Shown one piece after another: positions 25,051 to 38,175 of a stretch of DNA of 64,000 bases. A program made the translations under genes and the position numbers. This DNA comes from the human T2T-CHM13v2.0 reference genome, Homo sapiens. Numbering within the stretch: the first letter of the stretch is position 1; each line of letters opens with the position of its first letter. The notes below the pieces were generated by a model, which saw only the letters and a program-made list of their open reading frames with translations, was not told the DNA's origin and ran no database searches. The stretch lies in NCBI RefSeq assembly GCF_009914755.1, contig NC_060926.1; one strand, 5' to 3'.

Positions 25051-28000
25051 AGACCAAAATAGCACCTAGGTCATACCACTAGTTTGCCCTCATTGACAGA
25101 GTGGAAATGAGCATAGTAAGTACTCAAGACTCATTATGTTCACTCTTCTAGGAAACCAGAATCTCTGGGAAGTTAAAAGGTTTGCTCTATTCCTATTCAA
25201 AAGAGATTCTGACTTGCTTTAAACATTTTCCTCAGGACAAGAGAATTGTATCTGCCATGGCTCAGTGTGGATAGACTATGAAACAGCTGGAGCCCAGTGA
25301 GCAAATTTTTGGGTACAATAAAATAGTTATTCCGTATGCCAGGAATATGACTACATGTGGCACTAGTTGATGACCAAGCAGAACTATGAGTCATATTTAG
25401 GGCAAAAATAAGGTGATGCGAATAAATTACTTGCATTTGTTTCTATCACCAACTGTGCTATACTTTCATATTTATTTTATTTATTGCCATCAATGTCATG
25501 CTAGCCTGCTTTCCCTAGCTCATGATTTTATTTGAACATCATCCAGAGCCACTCATTCCTCCCATTCCCCCTCCCACTGCCAATGACCAAATCCAGATTT
25601 TTGTTAACCTCAGCCAGAATGACTGCAACCAGCTTTTTCCTTGATCTTTTTCCTTCCACTTTTTTTCTTCAATCTTTGATTTAGCCCATTAACTCCTTGT
25701 AGGTCATCTTTTCTAAAACATGCCATTTCCCTGCTCAAGAATAACTTCATATTAGTTATCAATCAAACCCAGATACAGTATAGCATTCTAGTACACAAGC
25801 AAAATGTATTAGGCTTTCTTCTTCTTTCTTGATCTTTATCTCTTTTTGGAAAAAACTTCTTACTCTTTTCCTGTCTTTAAATTATATTAAATATGGATCT
25901 AACACCTCATATATGTAAGACATTATTTGAATTATTTATTTATTCTAATTCAGAATCTTTTCTAAAATAATCCAGAACTTCTCTGATTGATCCCTGACTT
26001 TTATAAACTCTACAGTGCCTATAATTTGTATACCATGTTGTTGTTGTATGCTTATATTTCTTCTAATAGTTTTATGCCTATAATCATTGGACTCTCAACC
26101 AATTTGTTAACTCTCCAAGGTCAGAGATTACATTTTATATCACAAATCAGAAAACGAAATTAATATTTATTGAATGCTTCCTCTGTGCCAGTAACTGTAA
26201 CATGTGTTCAACATTTGTTATTGAGAAATCTCTGAGTCCACTTTTTTGTGTGTATGCATGCTCTGCCTTCATCATTTCCACATTGCCCTACCAGAGAGCC
26301 CTGACTACTCATGCCAGATAACACCAACCCAAGTAAGTAGCAGGTTTACTAGTGTTTTAGGACAATGATGGTGGAATTTCCACTAGTAATTTCTTCTACT
26401 TGGGTTCCAGCCTCCTGCCTGTTCCAAGGACTTTGTCTTTCTTCAACATTTTCTTGCTTCCTTTCTAGCTCTTTCTAAATGATCCTGTTTTGTGCAAAAC
26501 AGTTAAGCTATTTCCTTGATTCATTCCCAGTAGAGTCACAACAAGGTCTCATCTTAAAAAATAAATCCACCCATTAGGGGTTTCTAAAGCAAAGACAGTT
26601 TCTCTTTCTGTCTCTCTCTTTCTCTCTCTCTCTAAAACAAAGGCAGTTTAGTTTTTTGCAAGCTATAATTTTTTTATCTACTATGCAAACATTTTCTCAT
26701 TTAATCCCCCCAACAATCCATTTCACAGCAGCTAGTGATATACATTTATTGCTTACTATGCACCAGGCACTGTTCTAAATGCATTATTCATATTATTTCA
26801 TTTAACCTGCACTATAAACACAAGACACAGGTCTTGTTATTATTCACATTTTACAGACTGGGATGAAGATAAGCAATTTGTCTAAGAGTAAGCAAAAGAG
26901 CTGGAATAAAAACCTAGGCAGTCTGATTCCAGAGCGCAAACCCTTGATGTTGCTGTCCTGGCCCACAGAGAAGGAAACAGACATAAGAGGTTAAGTGATC
27001 TTCTGTGGTCACTCAGATGGTGACTAATGTTACTGAAGTCCTTGCTGTGTCCGCCAGGGTCTCATGTACCATTCTTTGCTTTGTTAGGGAAAGCATTGCT
27101 GTCCTTCCCTTGTTGCCCTCACTTGGCTTCCCCAACAGGTACTTAACGTAACTTAATTGTGTATATTAAATTCACGGAGATCTGAAGGGGAGGTCAGTAC
27201 TTTTATAAGACTTATCCTCAATTTCTCCTTTTGTTTGATTTCCTCATATCTTGTCTATCAACAAATCTGCCACCAATATGCCTCTTTTCTAGTCCATTCC
27301 ATCACTATCGCCCTATTCCACACAATAGACTTGCTTAGTGCCATCTAACTGCTCTCTCTGCTTCTATTTTGTCCCTTTCAACCAATTTGTCAGAGTAGCT
27401 GGAGTGTATATCAATTCTTGTCACTCCCTGGATGAAAATCTCCAGCAGCTTCTGATTATCTTCAGACTGAAATCCAGCTCCAGACAGTGGCCAACGGGGC
27501 CCTGTGTGAGCTGGCTCTGCCCTTTTTTCCAACCTCATTTTAGGTCATTCTCCTTACTCATCACTCTTCAACCACCCTGGCCTTTTTGCAGTTCCTTGAA
27601 CATTCCAGGCTTTCTTCACATGGGACTCATGCTATGCAGTTGTTTTTGTCCGGGAAGTCTCTTCCCTCCACCCTTTAAGGTGGTCCTTTTCTTGTTTTCC
27701 TCTTCTTGTTTTCCAAGTGACCCTCTAAAATGTCACCTCCATTCAGAGTCCATCCTTAACCTTTATATTCGCTACATGCCATGTCTGTTTCTTATGTAAT
27801 AGATGGGTAAATAAATGGTGAGTAGATCCACTGGAGAATGGGTATATAAAATAGATGATATTGAACAGATAAATAAGTGCAATGGCTACTAGATCCATTG
27901 GAGACATAAAGCAAAAATACATACAATGACTAGAAAACAAGTCTAAGGTAATATGTAAACAATGTTTGCCAGTGTGTACAGATTAAAAGCATGATGTGTG

Positions 28001-28213
28001 AGGGAAGCTAAAATAAAAGAGAGAAGATTAACATAGGGGCTTACTCAGAGATGATTTATTAGAGGTTGTGAGACTTTGCTGTGAAATACTGCATGGTTTT
28101 GGACTGGAGGAAATTTTTATGCATAGAGGGAAACTGTAAGAAATCTAACTTGATAGGCTCAGAGAGGTTATGCTGGAGGGTAATAATAATAACAATGTGG
28201 GGTCAATTTGTGA

Positions 28214-28545
<332 letters not shown>

Positions 28546-28870
28546 TTAGTGATTGATTTTTTTTAAAGTGTGGTAGAAATTTCAGTCTAATACTGCCCTT
28601 GTTGCTCAAAAGATTTTTGAATATTTCCTATGAAATGGCCCAGAGAGTACAATATGAATTTTTTTCTTCAATTTTTTTCTCATTTATTTCTTCTAGCAAA
28701 TTTCTGCTCTTTTGCATTAATATCATTTTTGAAAATAGATAAAAGTTATGTAGTGCCAAACCCACTGAATGAAATGGTGATATGCTATTACTATTATCTA
28801 GGGTCAAATGTAATATCTCACTCTAATTATATTAATATCTTTATCTATATCTAGCTAGTTTTCCATCTAT

Positions 28871-28893
28871 CTAGCTAGCTAGCTAGCTAGCTA
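28871..28893. repeat. (CTAG)5 self-complementary microsatellite
   Basis: ctagctagctagctagctagcta. Confidence 0.9.
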
Positions 28894-29517
28894 CTCAATA
28901 TGTCAATCTGTTTAATATGTCAATAGTATGCTCAGAAGGGCTTACAACTGAAGACATTCCAAGACTTAGTGAGGAAGTGCAGCATAACTGGAATTTGAAT
29001 ACACCTCCCAAGAGGGGAAAAAAAATTCATTTACAAATGTGGGTTCTGGTGGTTTCTTAAAAAAAAAAACATAAAAAAAAACTCTTCCTGCTTTTTTTAA
29101 GCTCCATATTTTACCTAGATCATAAGATTCTAAACACTTGTATTGCACGCAAATAGGCAGATTTTATAAAAAGAAAAGTGTCATTTTAAAGAATTGGCTA
29201 CGTTGGTCAAGTCAGAGCTCCCTAAGGGATTTCTGTCCTCAAAGTCACAATACAGTGATTCTTTATAAGATACTCAATGCTTGCTTTGGGATTCTAAAGG
29301 GAACATTAATATGTCTCGTAAAAATAAGGAATCCTTAAATGAGTAATTTGTGTACAACACTGCAGATAGTGCCTGGCACATATGGTATATTTAGTAAAAG
29401 TTGGTTCCTTTTCCACTAATCATGTTTTGAGAATTCAGTATCCTCTATAGTTTTATTTTACCTTTATCAGTGGTAACCTGCATGTTTTGAACAGGAGCAG
29501 GTATAGAAGTTCAGTAA

Positions 29518-29703
29518 CAGGGGGGCAGGGGAGGGAGAGCATCCAGATAAATAGCTAATGCATGCTGGGCTTAATACCTAGGTGATGGGTTGACAGGTGC
29601 AACAAACCACCATGGCACACATTTTACCTGTGTAACAAACCTGCACATCCCACAAGTGTATCCTGGAACTTAAAAAAAATTAAACACAATTTTTAAAAAA
29701 ACA
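29518..29703 (+). mobile_element. Very short L1P 3' end insertion
   Basis: L1 3' UTR plus A-rich tail, with a perfect 13-bp TSD AGAAGTTCAGTAA (29505-29517 / 29704-29716). Confidence 0.9.
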
Positions 29704-29970
29704 AGAAGTTCAGTAATATTGTCTTTTATAGGAGATAGAAATTTTTGTTTCCGTTACTAGTATTGCAAAAGGGTTGTTTGGATTCAGAAAATTAAACTAT
29801 CTAGTTATAAAATCCATTCTGTGCTGTTTCTAAATTATTTGGTTAGAGAATTGGTCAGATGTGTTTGAGTCATTTCCTGTGTGAAACTGAATGCTCATAC
29901 ATAAGAGCAATTGGCTCTTTGGAAATTATAACTTCTTATGAAGTAATTCTCATATTTCATTAGTTATGAT

Positions 29971-30671
29971 TGAATCAGTCTGAGTCCAGTCTGAAGGGAG
30001 AAACCACATAGTAATATGGACAGGTAAAGTTTGATATAAATAATTATGAACTGTATCAGTATTGAAGTAACAGAGGATTACCTAATAAGAAGTAAAAATA
30101 ATTCTAAAGAACATAGAAATAGCAGATATATGAAGGAGCCACCACTGTTAGACCTGACAGAGAGCATGCAAGGCTGAGATCAAGGCGTTACTGGAGAAGG
30201 CAATCATGGGTGTGGGTCACTCAATGGTGGAGAAGTTGCTGTGGCGCCAATGGAACTTGCTGGAAATGTTCCCCCTAGGGTGCCAGGGAAAGCTGTTCAT
30301 AAGAGGTGTCACTTGAGGCACTCTACACAAAACTGCCTGAGGAGGTGCCAGCAGAGTTGCTGGCCACTGAACACTGCTGGCTGCAGTGCACTGTAATAGC
30401 TTGCTGCTGGAGAAAGCCACATAGACTACAGGAACTGGACGCTGGAGAAGCCACCCACACTGCAGGAACTGGCTAAGCAAGCACACAAGAAGCAGGAAGC
30501 AAAACCTAACCCTTTTTTCCTGCAATGTCTCTCCAGTCCCTCCCACTTGCAAAGCTTAATATCATGCCAGGAGGCAAAGAAAAAATATTTAAAGGGTCCA
30601 GATACATTTTCAGAGAGCTAACAAAAAAGTTGAATTTGGAGATAAGAGTCAACAAATTGATAATTGGCACT
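29971..30671. mobile_element. Ancient ERV solo LTR (LTR78-like, family uncertain)
   Basis: The termini (tcagtctgagtccagtc...agaaaccaca; ...ttgataattggcac) resemble the recalled consensus. The segment is GC-richer than its flanks. Confidence 0.5.
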
Positions 30672-31342
30672 GTTGTTTTCTGATATTGTAGGGACTAAAA
30701 ATATTAATATGAATATTCACAGAAACTCCCCCTCCCTCTATTCCCATTTCTAAGGTATAAAAACCATTTGTGGTTCAGGCATCCATCAAGTCTGGGATAA
30801 TGAACAGAGCGACGCAAAGAAATAAACATAGTAAAACCATATTGATTTACATTATAAAGGAAGTCATCAGGGAGACCTTGGGAAAAGGGGCCAGGGAGAT
30901 AAAGAGCTACACATGATGATTTTAGGAACATAATTTTAAGAAGTACAGTAATAAGTAGCGTTCATGCTATACTAAATGGTTCTTTGGGAAATACAGAGTT
31001 AAAATAATTTATTTAAAATATTGTATAATATATAATTTCTCTTTGGAACTTTTTCATTTGCATGTCAGGAATAAACCTTTAAGTTGGTTTTATATTAATT
31101 TAGACGCTGATGTTGAGTTTCTTCTAAATACAACTCCATGCTGAGAGAAACCACAAAGAGGCCCAGCTTCAATTGGGTTACACTGATCACAACATTTTAA
31201 AGCTTTGCAGATATACTTGAAGGTGAGATGTGGAAAGTGCTGAGCCCTATTTATTTAATTAATAACTTTTAAATCCAAGTTAAAGCCCACATGCTAGATG
31301 GGGCTATGGGAAGAAGACTATTTTTAGAAAGTAATACTTATG

Positions 31343-31641
31343 GGCCGGGCGCGGTGGCTCACGCCTGTAATCCCAGCACTTTGGGAGGCCAAGGCGGGAG
31401 GATCACGAGGTCAGGAGATCGAGACCATCCTGGCTAACACAGTGAAACCCCGTCTGTACTAAAAATACAAAAAATTAGCCGGGCGTGGCGGCGGGCGCCT
31501 GTAGTTCCAGATGCTGGGGAGGCTGAGGCAGGAGAATGGCGTGAACCCGGGAGGCGGAGCTTGCGGTGAGCCGCCGAGATTGCACCACTGCACTCCAGCC
31601 TCGGCGACAGAGCGAGACTCCATTTCAAAAAAAAAAAAAAA
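31343..31641 (+). mobile_element. Full-length AluY
   Basis: GGCCGGGCGCGGTGG start, diagnostic gagatcgagaccatcctggctaaca and atggcgtgaacc, most CpGs intact, A15 tail, TSD-like aaagtaatacttat. Confidence 0.95.
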
Positions 31642-33526
31642 GTAATGTAATACTTATACGTATATATTTATGATATGTATCTTTTTGTTATGTCCATAGA
31701 AGATCTGGACGTTAAATTGCCCCCCATCTACACTGAATAGCATATTCATAGCAACCATGTTTCATTACAGATACTATTTACTTTTTTGGGATGAGTCTTT
31801 TGAGCTAACCATTGATGAAGTGGAGAGGGCCCCAATCTTGTTTATATCCTACTTAAACGTTAAACATAGATCTAAAATTCACTAATAGTATGCCATACCA
31901 TTACCCTATTCCACACAACAGACTTGCCTAGTGTCATCTAACTGCTCTCTTTGCTTCTATTTTGTACTACTGTAACTTATGTAGACTGTTTTTGAGGTGT
32001 CAACAAATATCACGTTTTTTCATCTATGTTTCTCATAGTAGTAGCTCAGGCTACTACAGCTGCTGGTACTCTTCTGGCAACTCCTGCTCCTGTATTCTGT
32101 ACATTAATTCCTATGAGGTGACAACAGCTAAACATGTTCCATGAAATATCCAAATTTTCATTATAGTCCCTCAAGGTTGATATTATTATAGTTCCCTATG
32201 GTCTCAGAGAGATTAAGTGGCTTGCCGAAGTCACAAATCCAGTGAGGATCCAAACCCAAGTTTGTCTCACTCTCTGCTGTCCCCATAAAAAGGCTGTCCC
32301 TATAAAATATATAAAACCGTGTATCTAGTAAGACTAAAGAGAAATGCACAAACTGAAGAATGCAGAAATTTCAAATTAACTTCATAAGTCTTAGAAGGAA
32401 ATAAACTAATTTTCTTGTTTCTTTATTGTTATGAGTCACATAATTGTTAGCCAGATTTTGGGAGTGAGCATTTTATCATGCTCAGGAGGAGTGAGAGATA
32501 CCTTACATACATTTCTCTCCATTCCAGTTTAGAAAATGTGAATGTGCTAGATTCTGGGAAGTGACATTTGGGTTTTGTGTTTGAAGACCATAAAGGGTGT
32601 CTGCTGAAGAGTTGGCAAAGAACAACTTCTAACCATGTGCAGAGGCACTCATTTGAGAAAGGATAAGGGAGACCAGAAAAGACTATAGCAAGAACATTTG
32701 GTAGAATGTATCAGTAATACCCAATAAGCAATTTATTTTGGAGTTGGACAATGCTAATATTTTATCACTCTCTAGTATTCTTCCCCATTGGCACATATGT
32801 GTGTTTGAGTCTCTTAAATCTTAAAAGCAACAATGTTAAGAGAAACTCCAATCCTCTTTGGCTTTATGGTCAACTGAATTAAAAACCCCAGAATTCTTTT
32901 CTCTAAGGCATAACACTCTGCTGTAGGGACTATTAGACTGCAGAGAGGAATCTATAGCATTACTCACTTTCAACAATTACTTGTGAACTGTACTAATTAA
33001 TCATCCTTTGGAAAATCATTTCTTATTTATGTTTGTGTTGCCATAATCAATGCCTTACATTCAAGATACTTACATAAACTCTAAGTTGCTGTATTTTAAT
33101 TTCATATGGTCTGAAATGATATCAAACTTTTAGGATTATGCTTTATATTTCTTATCCACCAGGTCTGCCAATAATCTGTTGGTTTGAAAATACTTGTTGT
33201 ATAATTTCCTGACACTTTTGGGCCTTTTGAAACTGCCTTAAGACACATGACTCCAGACGGGGTACCTGTTCTGTGAGATCCTTACAATGCCTTTTAACAT
33301 ACGTGAGCTACATTTCAATATGTATTGCACTGAGCAGGTATTTAGCCCACGGTTGATATTACAAGTCATTGGGCAAGGTCTTAAAATGAAAGCAGGAAGC
33401 ATGGAACTATGAGGATGCTATAGTTGTAATGGACCTTTGATATTATCTAATCCAATCTCTCATTTTCCAGGAGAGGGAACACTGTGAACTAAGGTTGCTC
33501 AAAGTCACCCACTGGTTGAAGGTCTT

Positions 33527-33815
33527 TCTTTTTTTTTTTTTTGAGGCGGAGTCTCCTTCTTTCACCCAGGCTGGAATGCAGTGGCACGATTTCGGCTCAC
33601 CACCACCTCTGCCTCCTGGGTTCAAGCAATTCTTCTGCCTCAGCCTCCTGATTAGCTGGGTTTACAGGTGCCTGCTACCACTAATTTTTGTATTTTAGTA
33701 GAGATGGCTTTTCACCATGTTGGCCAGCTGGTGTTGAACTCCCGACCTCAAGTGATCCATCCGTCTCGGCCTCCCAAAGTGTTGGGATTACAGGCGTAAG
33801 CCACTGGGTCTGGCC
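33527..33815 (-). mobile_element. AluS
   Basis: Reverse Alu with TSD GAAGGTCTT (33518-33526 / 33816-33824). Confidence 0.92.
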
Positions 33816-34933
33816 GAAGGTCTTATGGAGACTAAAACTCAGGCATTCTAACTCACAGGCTGATGTCTAACATATTCTGTAAGTGACCCTAAAATATGGG
33901 TATTGAACTGTTCAGTAACAATCAGCTGAAACGCTACAATAATCATCGCTATTTTTTGAATGAAACATATGCACCATAGTTCAAGTTTTCAGGTACCATC
34001 ACATATTAAGTTTCACACTATTTTAAACATGTATTTTAAAACTTTAAAGTAGAAATAACACTTTTTTAATTGAAAAAAGTTACTGAAAAACATAGATGAA
34101 AAAACCTGATATTTGTTGACACCTCAAAAACAGTCTACATATGTTACAGTAGTACATTTAGCTATTTTATGCATTTGGTTTCTTGCATAGTTTCCAAAAC
34201 ATTCTAGAAGACAGCAATACTTTAAATGGAGTCAGCTGGAGTTTAAAAAAGTATTTTAAGAAAACCATCAATTATGTGTGTCTTCTTTTGTCCTCCTGTA
34301 TACCCAAGAGATCTCATTGGTTAATATTCATCTCTGATTAGGCATTATCAAGGAAAGATTCAAAACTACTGTAATATCAACTCAACTAATCCATCAAAGC
34401 TTCAGAAGAATGTTCTTTTCACACCCTCCAACATTTTGTTTCTTCTTAGTCACAGGAGGTAAATGTTCCCTTGGAGCAAGCCATCTGTGAGACTTGCTAA
34501 GTTTTGGTTAAAATGGTCAATTGTGGCTTCTGTCTGAATCATGCGGCTCTTCCTTGTCAAAAGAGGCTGCTTTTCTACTGGGAGAATTGTCCGTAGTGTT
34601 CTGTTGGGGGCAGAGGCAGACATTTTTCTCTTTATTCTCTAATAACACTCAGCATCTGCTCCCTGCTAACTCCAGTGTGAATCCTAGAGTGGGAGGTGAA
34701 CGGCTGTCCAGGGACACGTGTAATCTTGTTGGCATTAATGGTCAGCCTGGATTTAGCCACTACTCTGTCATTAGGTAGTTCTGCAACATAGTGTTATGTT
34801 TGTGGAAGGGAAGGCCTAGGAAGGAAGCCTTAAGCTACTTGATGCTGCTTCTTAACTGGTCTTTAATGGTACTTCACAGTTTTTAAAGTACTTTCCTATG
34901 ATATCATTTAGTTGCAAAGACTGGGCAAGTGAT

Positions 34934-35470
34934 GTAGGAGGCAAAGCTCTAAGATGGTCCCCACGATTCCCACTGGCTGGGGTGATTCCCTGAATAATCC
35001 CTTTGCGGTGAGTGTGGGCAGGACCTACGGATATGATGAGACAGTCACTTCTATGGTTACAGTTAACCTATCTAAGACTCCATCTGAGCAGACTTGAGAG
35101 AGAGATTCTTCTTCTGACCATGAAGAAGCAAATATCTGTGCTGGGAAAGAGGCTTGAGCATGCTGTGTGGTAGGGGCATTGCTGGAGCTGGGAGCGATCC
35201 CCAGTGGACAGACAGCAAAACAGCCATCTTAGTCAGACAGCTGCAAGGAAACAAACTCTGCCAAAACTCTGAATGAACTTGGAAGTGGATTCTTTCCCCA
35301 GTGCCTCCAGATGAGAACACAGTCTGGCTGACACCTCAATTTCAATTTTGTGAGACCCTGAGCAAAGAACCCTGCCTTTCTGACCAACAGGACATGTGTT
35401 ATAATTAATGATTGTTGATTTAAGCCACTACCTTTGTGGCAATCTGTTATAGAGCAATAGAAAATTAATA
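34934..35470 (+). mobile_element. MLT1 (MaLR) solo LTR just downstream of the IFIH1 poly(A) site
   Basis: aagatggtcccc...gaacttggaagtggattc...tttaagccacta...gcaatagaaaattaata. Confidence 0.75.
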
Positions 35471-35729
35471 AAAAGTAAAACTAGAGAATGTTATGACCAT
35501 TTCATCGATAAGGAGACTGGTTCAGAAAGATGAACTGATTTGCCTAATTTTATTCTGAAAATTAGTGACAGAACTGAGACTGGTACTTTGGATTCTCATT
35601 TGTACTTCAGCATTCTTTCCACAGGACTATAATGCTCCACACTAATGAGAATTATTGGTAGATTTTCCTTACCTCTGCCCAACAATAAGATGGATAATGC
35701 ATAATATATTGTGTTCTTAAAAAGAGTTC

Positions 35730-35852
35730 AATGCAGAGTAAAACAATCATTTTATTGATTCTTATGTCAGTTCTGTAGCATAATGAATACATTAATCATA
35801 ATCATATTAAATGTTTAACTGATAGTATTTTAAAAGAATCTTCAATCAAGTG
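35730..35852 (-). terminator. IFIH1: Short IFIH1 3' UTR with AATAAA poly(A) signal
   Basis: tttatt at 35751-35756 (AATAAA on minus), about 100 nt past the stop, with a T-rich element further downstream. The cleavage site is approximate. Confidence 0.8.
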
Positions 35853-36032
35853 CTAATCCTCATCACTAAATAAACAGCATTCTGAATAGTCAAGATTGGG
35901 AAATGTGATAGGTAATTCTACCCACTTTTTGTATTGTTTCTTTGTTGAATTATTTTTGAAAACCACTACAAAATTCCTTATTTTGAGACAAGGCAAATCT
36001 AAGCCTTTGTGCACCATCATTGTTCCCCAAGC
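35853..36032 (-). CDS. IFIH1: IFIH1 exon 16 coding part, MDA5 C-terminus (...CLFSDED*)
   Basis: ttccag|GCT TGG GGA..., 59 codons plus TAG at 35853-35855. Confidence 0.97.
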   Translation of the reverse strand, partial: AWGTMMVHKGLDLPCLKIRNFVVVFKNNSTKKQYKKWVELPITFPNLDYSECCLFSDED

Positions 36033-36131
36033 CTGGAAAACAAAAGAGAGAGCAAGAGGAAAATTAAATGTACATGCAATTAAACATTCCTGTTGGCTAA
36101 AGTAAAATCTGGCCCACAGCAATTTACTCAC

Positions 36132-36222
36132 CTGGCCACATTTGCAGATGATTTCACCATTTATTTGATAGTCGGCACACTTCTTTTGCAGTGCTTTGTT
36201 TTCTCTTACAATGTAAAGTTCC
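36132..36222 (-). CDS. IFIH1: IFIH1 exon 15, CTD second Zn pair (CKC, C962/C964)
   Basis: ttatag|G GAA CTT TAC...GGC CAG|gtgagt, 91 nt, [30 protein letters not shown]. Codon 946 is GCA (Ala) at 36192-36194. Not in the ORF track. Confidence 0.96.
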
Positions 36223-36739
36223 CTATAAGTATCAAAGGGAAAGAATCATCATGGAGAACTGACAAAATACCAGTGTGTAGTTCATGGGTTATTGGACCTG
36301 GAGCTCATCCGCATGCCTGCGGTATTCTACACGGCATTCCTTCCTTCCCTCCTGCTTCCCAGGCTTGTTATTGCAACTAAGGCAATGCTTCTCTTCTACA
36401 CATACCTCTCAAGGGGCATGTTGCCTTTCATAACTTCTTTCAAGTCTGTTGGTTATATTAACTTGACTTTAGTTGTTCAAAAATTTGAGAACAAATGATG
36501 AGCATACAAAAATACGTGCCTTGGATCAAAATGGCTTTGGTTCTTACACTTCTCTTTTCCTGCCCCAGTGCAGTTTATTTAAAACATAGACATTTAAAAT
36601 AGGAATATAATTGAGAGGCTAAAGGAGAGGAAGTTGTAAAATAAATGAATCTCATTTGCACTATTTTGAAAGAACATTTACAATGCAACCTGCTTCACCC
36701 CTTGTGGAAAAATGTAAAAATGGGTCTTTCTGGACTCAC

Positions 36740-36930
36740 TTGAATTCTGGGGTCATATTGACGTGATGCATTTTCTCAATTACATGGATATCTTCCCCAG
36801 AACAGGCTAGCACACTGCAGTTTTTGCAAAGGAAAGTTATTAGTGATGGGTTATTCTTGTAATGCTTGGCAATATTTCTCTTGGTTTTCATTTTCTTTTC
36901 CATTATACTTTGCATCTGTAATTCCAAAAT
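36740..36930 (-). CDS. IFIH1: IFIH1 exon 14, pincer and CTD first CxxC (C907/C910)
   Basis: gtccag|ATT TTG GAA...TTC AA|gtgagt, 191 nt, overlaps ORF 36736..36927 (LCKNC). Confidence 0.97.
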
Positions 36931-37237
36931 CTGGACAGAGAAAGGAATAGTTAGTGGTTTCAGGTTTGTTTTCTTTTTTCAGTTTCATAGAAGTAAGTCT
37001 CCTGAAATTTGGAGGTCTTAGTTGTGAAAATATACCCTTAGCTTATGGTCTAGGAAATAAAAATAATGAGGTAATGACCCCCCAAAGAATTTGGTATATA
37101 ATCATCTCCTGTAACCATGAAAATGTGCAGTCTTCAGGTATTCAAAAAGTAGCCCATTCCATTTCAGAAAAGTTCTATTGTGAGAAAGTCCTTAGCAATA
37201 TTCAACAAAAATTCTCTGTCTAGCCTACCCATTTGTT

Positions 37238-37540
37238 ATTTATTTATTTATTTATTTATTGAGATGGAGTCTTGCTCTGCTGCCCAGGCTGGAGTGTGTT
37301 GGTACTATCTCGGGTCACTGCAACCTCCATCTCCTGGGTTCAAGGGATTCTTCTGCCTTAGACTCCCAAGTAGCTGGGATTCCAGGCACCTGCCACCATG
37401 CTCAGCTAATTTTCATATTTTTAGTAGAGATGGAGTTTTGCCATGTTGCCCAGGCTGATCTCAAATTCTTGATCTCAGTGATCCACCTGCCTCAGCCTCT
37501 CAAAGTGCTGGGATTGCAGGTGTGAGCCACTGCGCCAGCC
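37238..37540 (-). mobile_element. Alu with (TTTA)n tail, IFIH1 intron 13
   Basis: Reverse Alu with TSD TACCCATTTGTT (37226-37237 / 37541-37552). Confidence 0.92.
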
Positions 37541-37735
37541 TACCCATTTGTTTTAATTCTGTTCCATAAAATAGGTCTAAACTTCCTTCCACATGGAATC
37601 TCTTTACTAAACACTGTTATTACATTACCAAGTCTTCTCTAATCTATGCTAAGCACCCAAATGCCTTTAATCTTTTTTCATGCTTTATAATTTTCAGACC
37701 CTTCACCATCTTAATCAGTCTACTCTTTACACATT

Positions 37736-38175
37736 TGTAGCAGAAACCACTAGTTTTTCATTCAGTGTCCATTTTTCCTAACAGAACCATAATTTTATTC
37801 TGGGTGGAAATATGCTAGCTAAATGACTACATTTCCAAACCAGCAGTCAATGACATGTAAAAAGCTGTTGAGTGGAATTTTCAGAAAATCTTCTTAAAAA
37901 TTAGATAGCTGGCATGTGTACCTTTCGCCCTTTCCATTCTCCTCTTACTTCCTGCCTAGAATGAGGATGTGGCAGCTGAAATTCTAAAAGCCATCTTCGA
38001 CCATGAGAATGAAAGCCCAATGCTATAACAGCATAAAAAGGAGAGAAAAGGCCTGGATTCCTCATAACTTCATGGAGCCAATACTGCCTAGATTCCTTCT
38101 GTGAGAGAATATGCCCATCAACCTCTTTATTCTATGCTCTGTGACTAGCAGCAGCACTTATTTTATAATGGAAAT
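37736..38175 (+). mobile_element. Old MLT1 LTR
   Basis: tgtagcaga...gactacatttcca...gccatctt.gaccatgag...ctctgtgactagcagc. Confidence 0.6.

Noticed and set aside
27338-27799. 153-aa ORF, the longest in the track
   Set aside because: Pyrimidine-rich L2-like remnant with a GTG start and low-complexity F/S/L/P composition.
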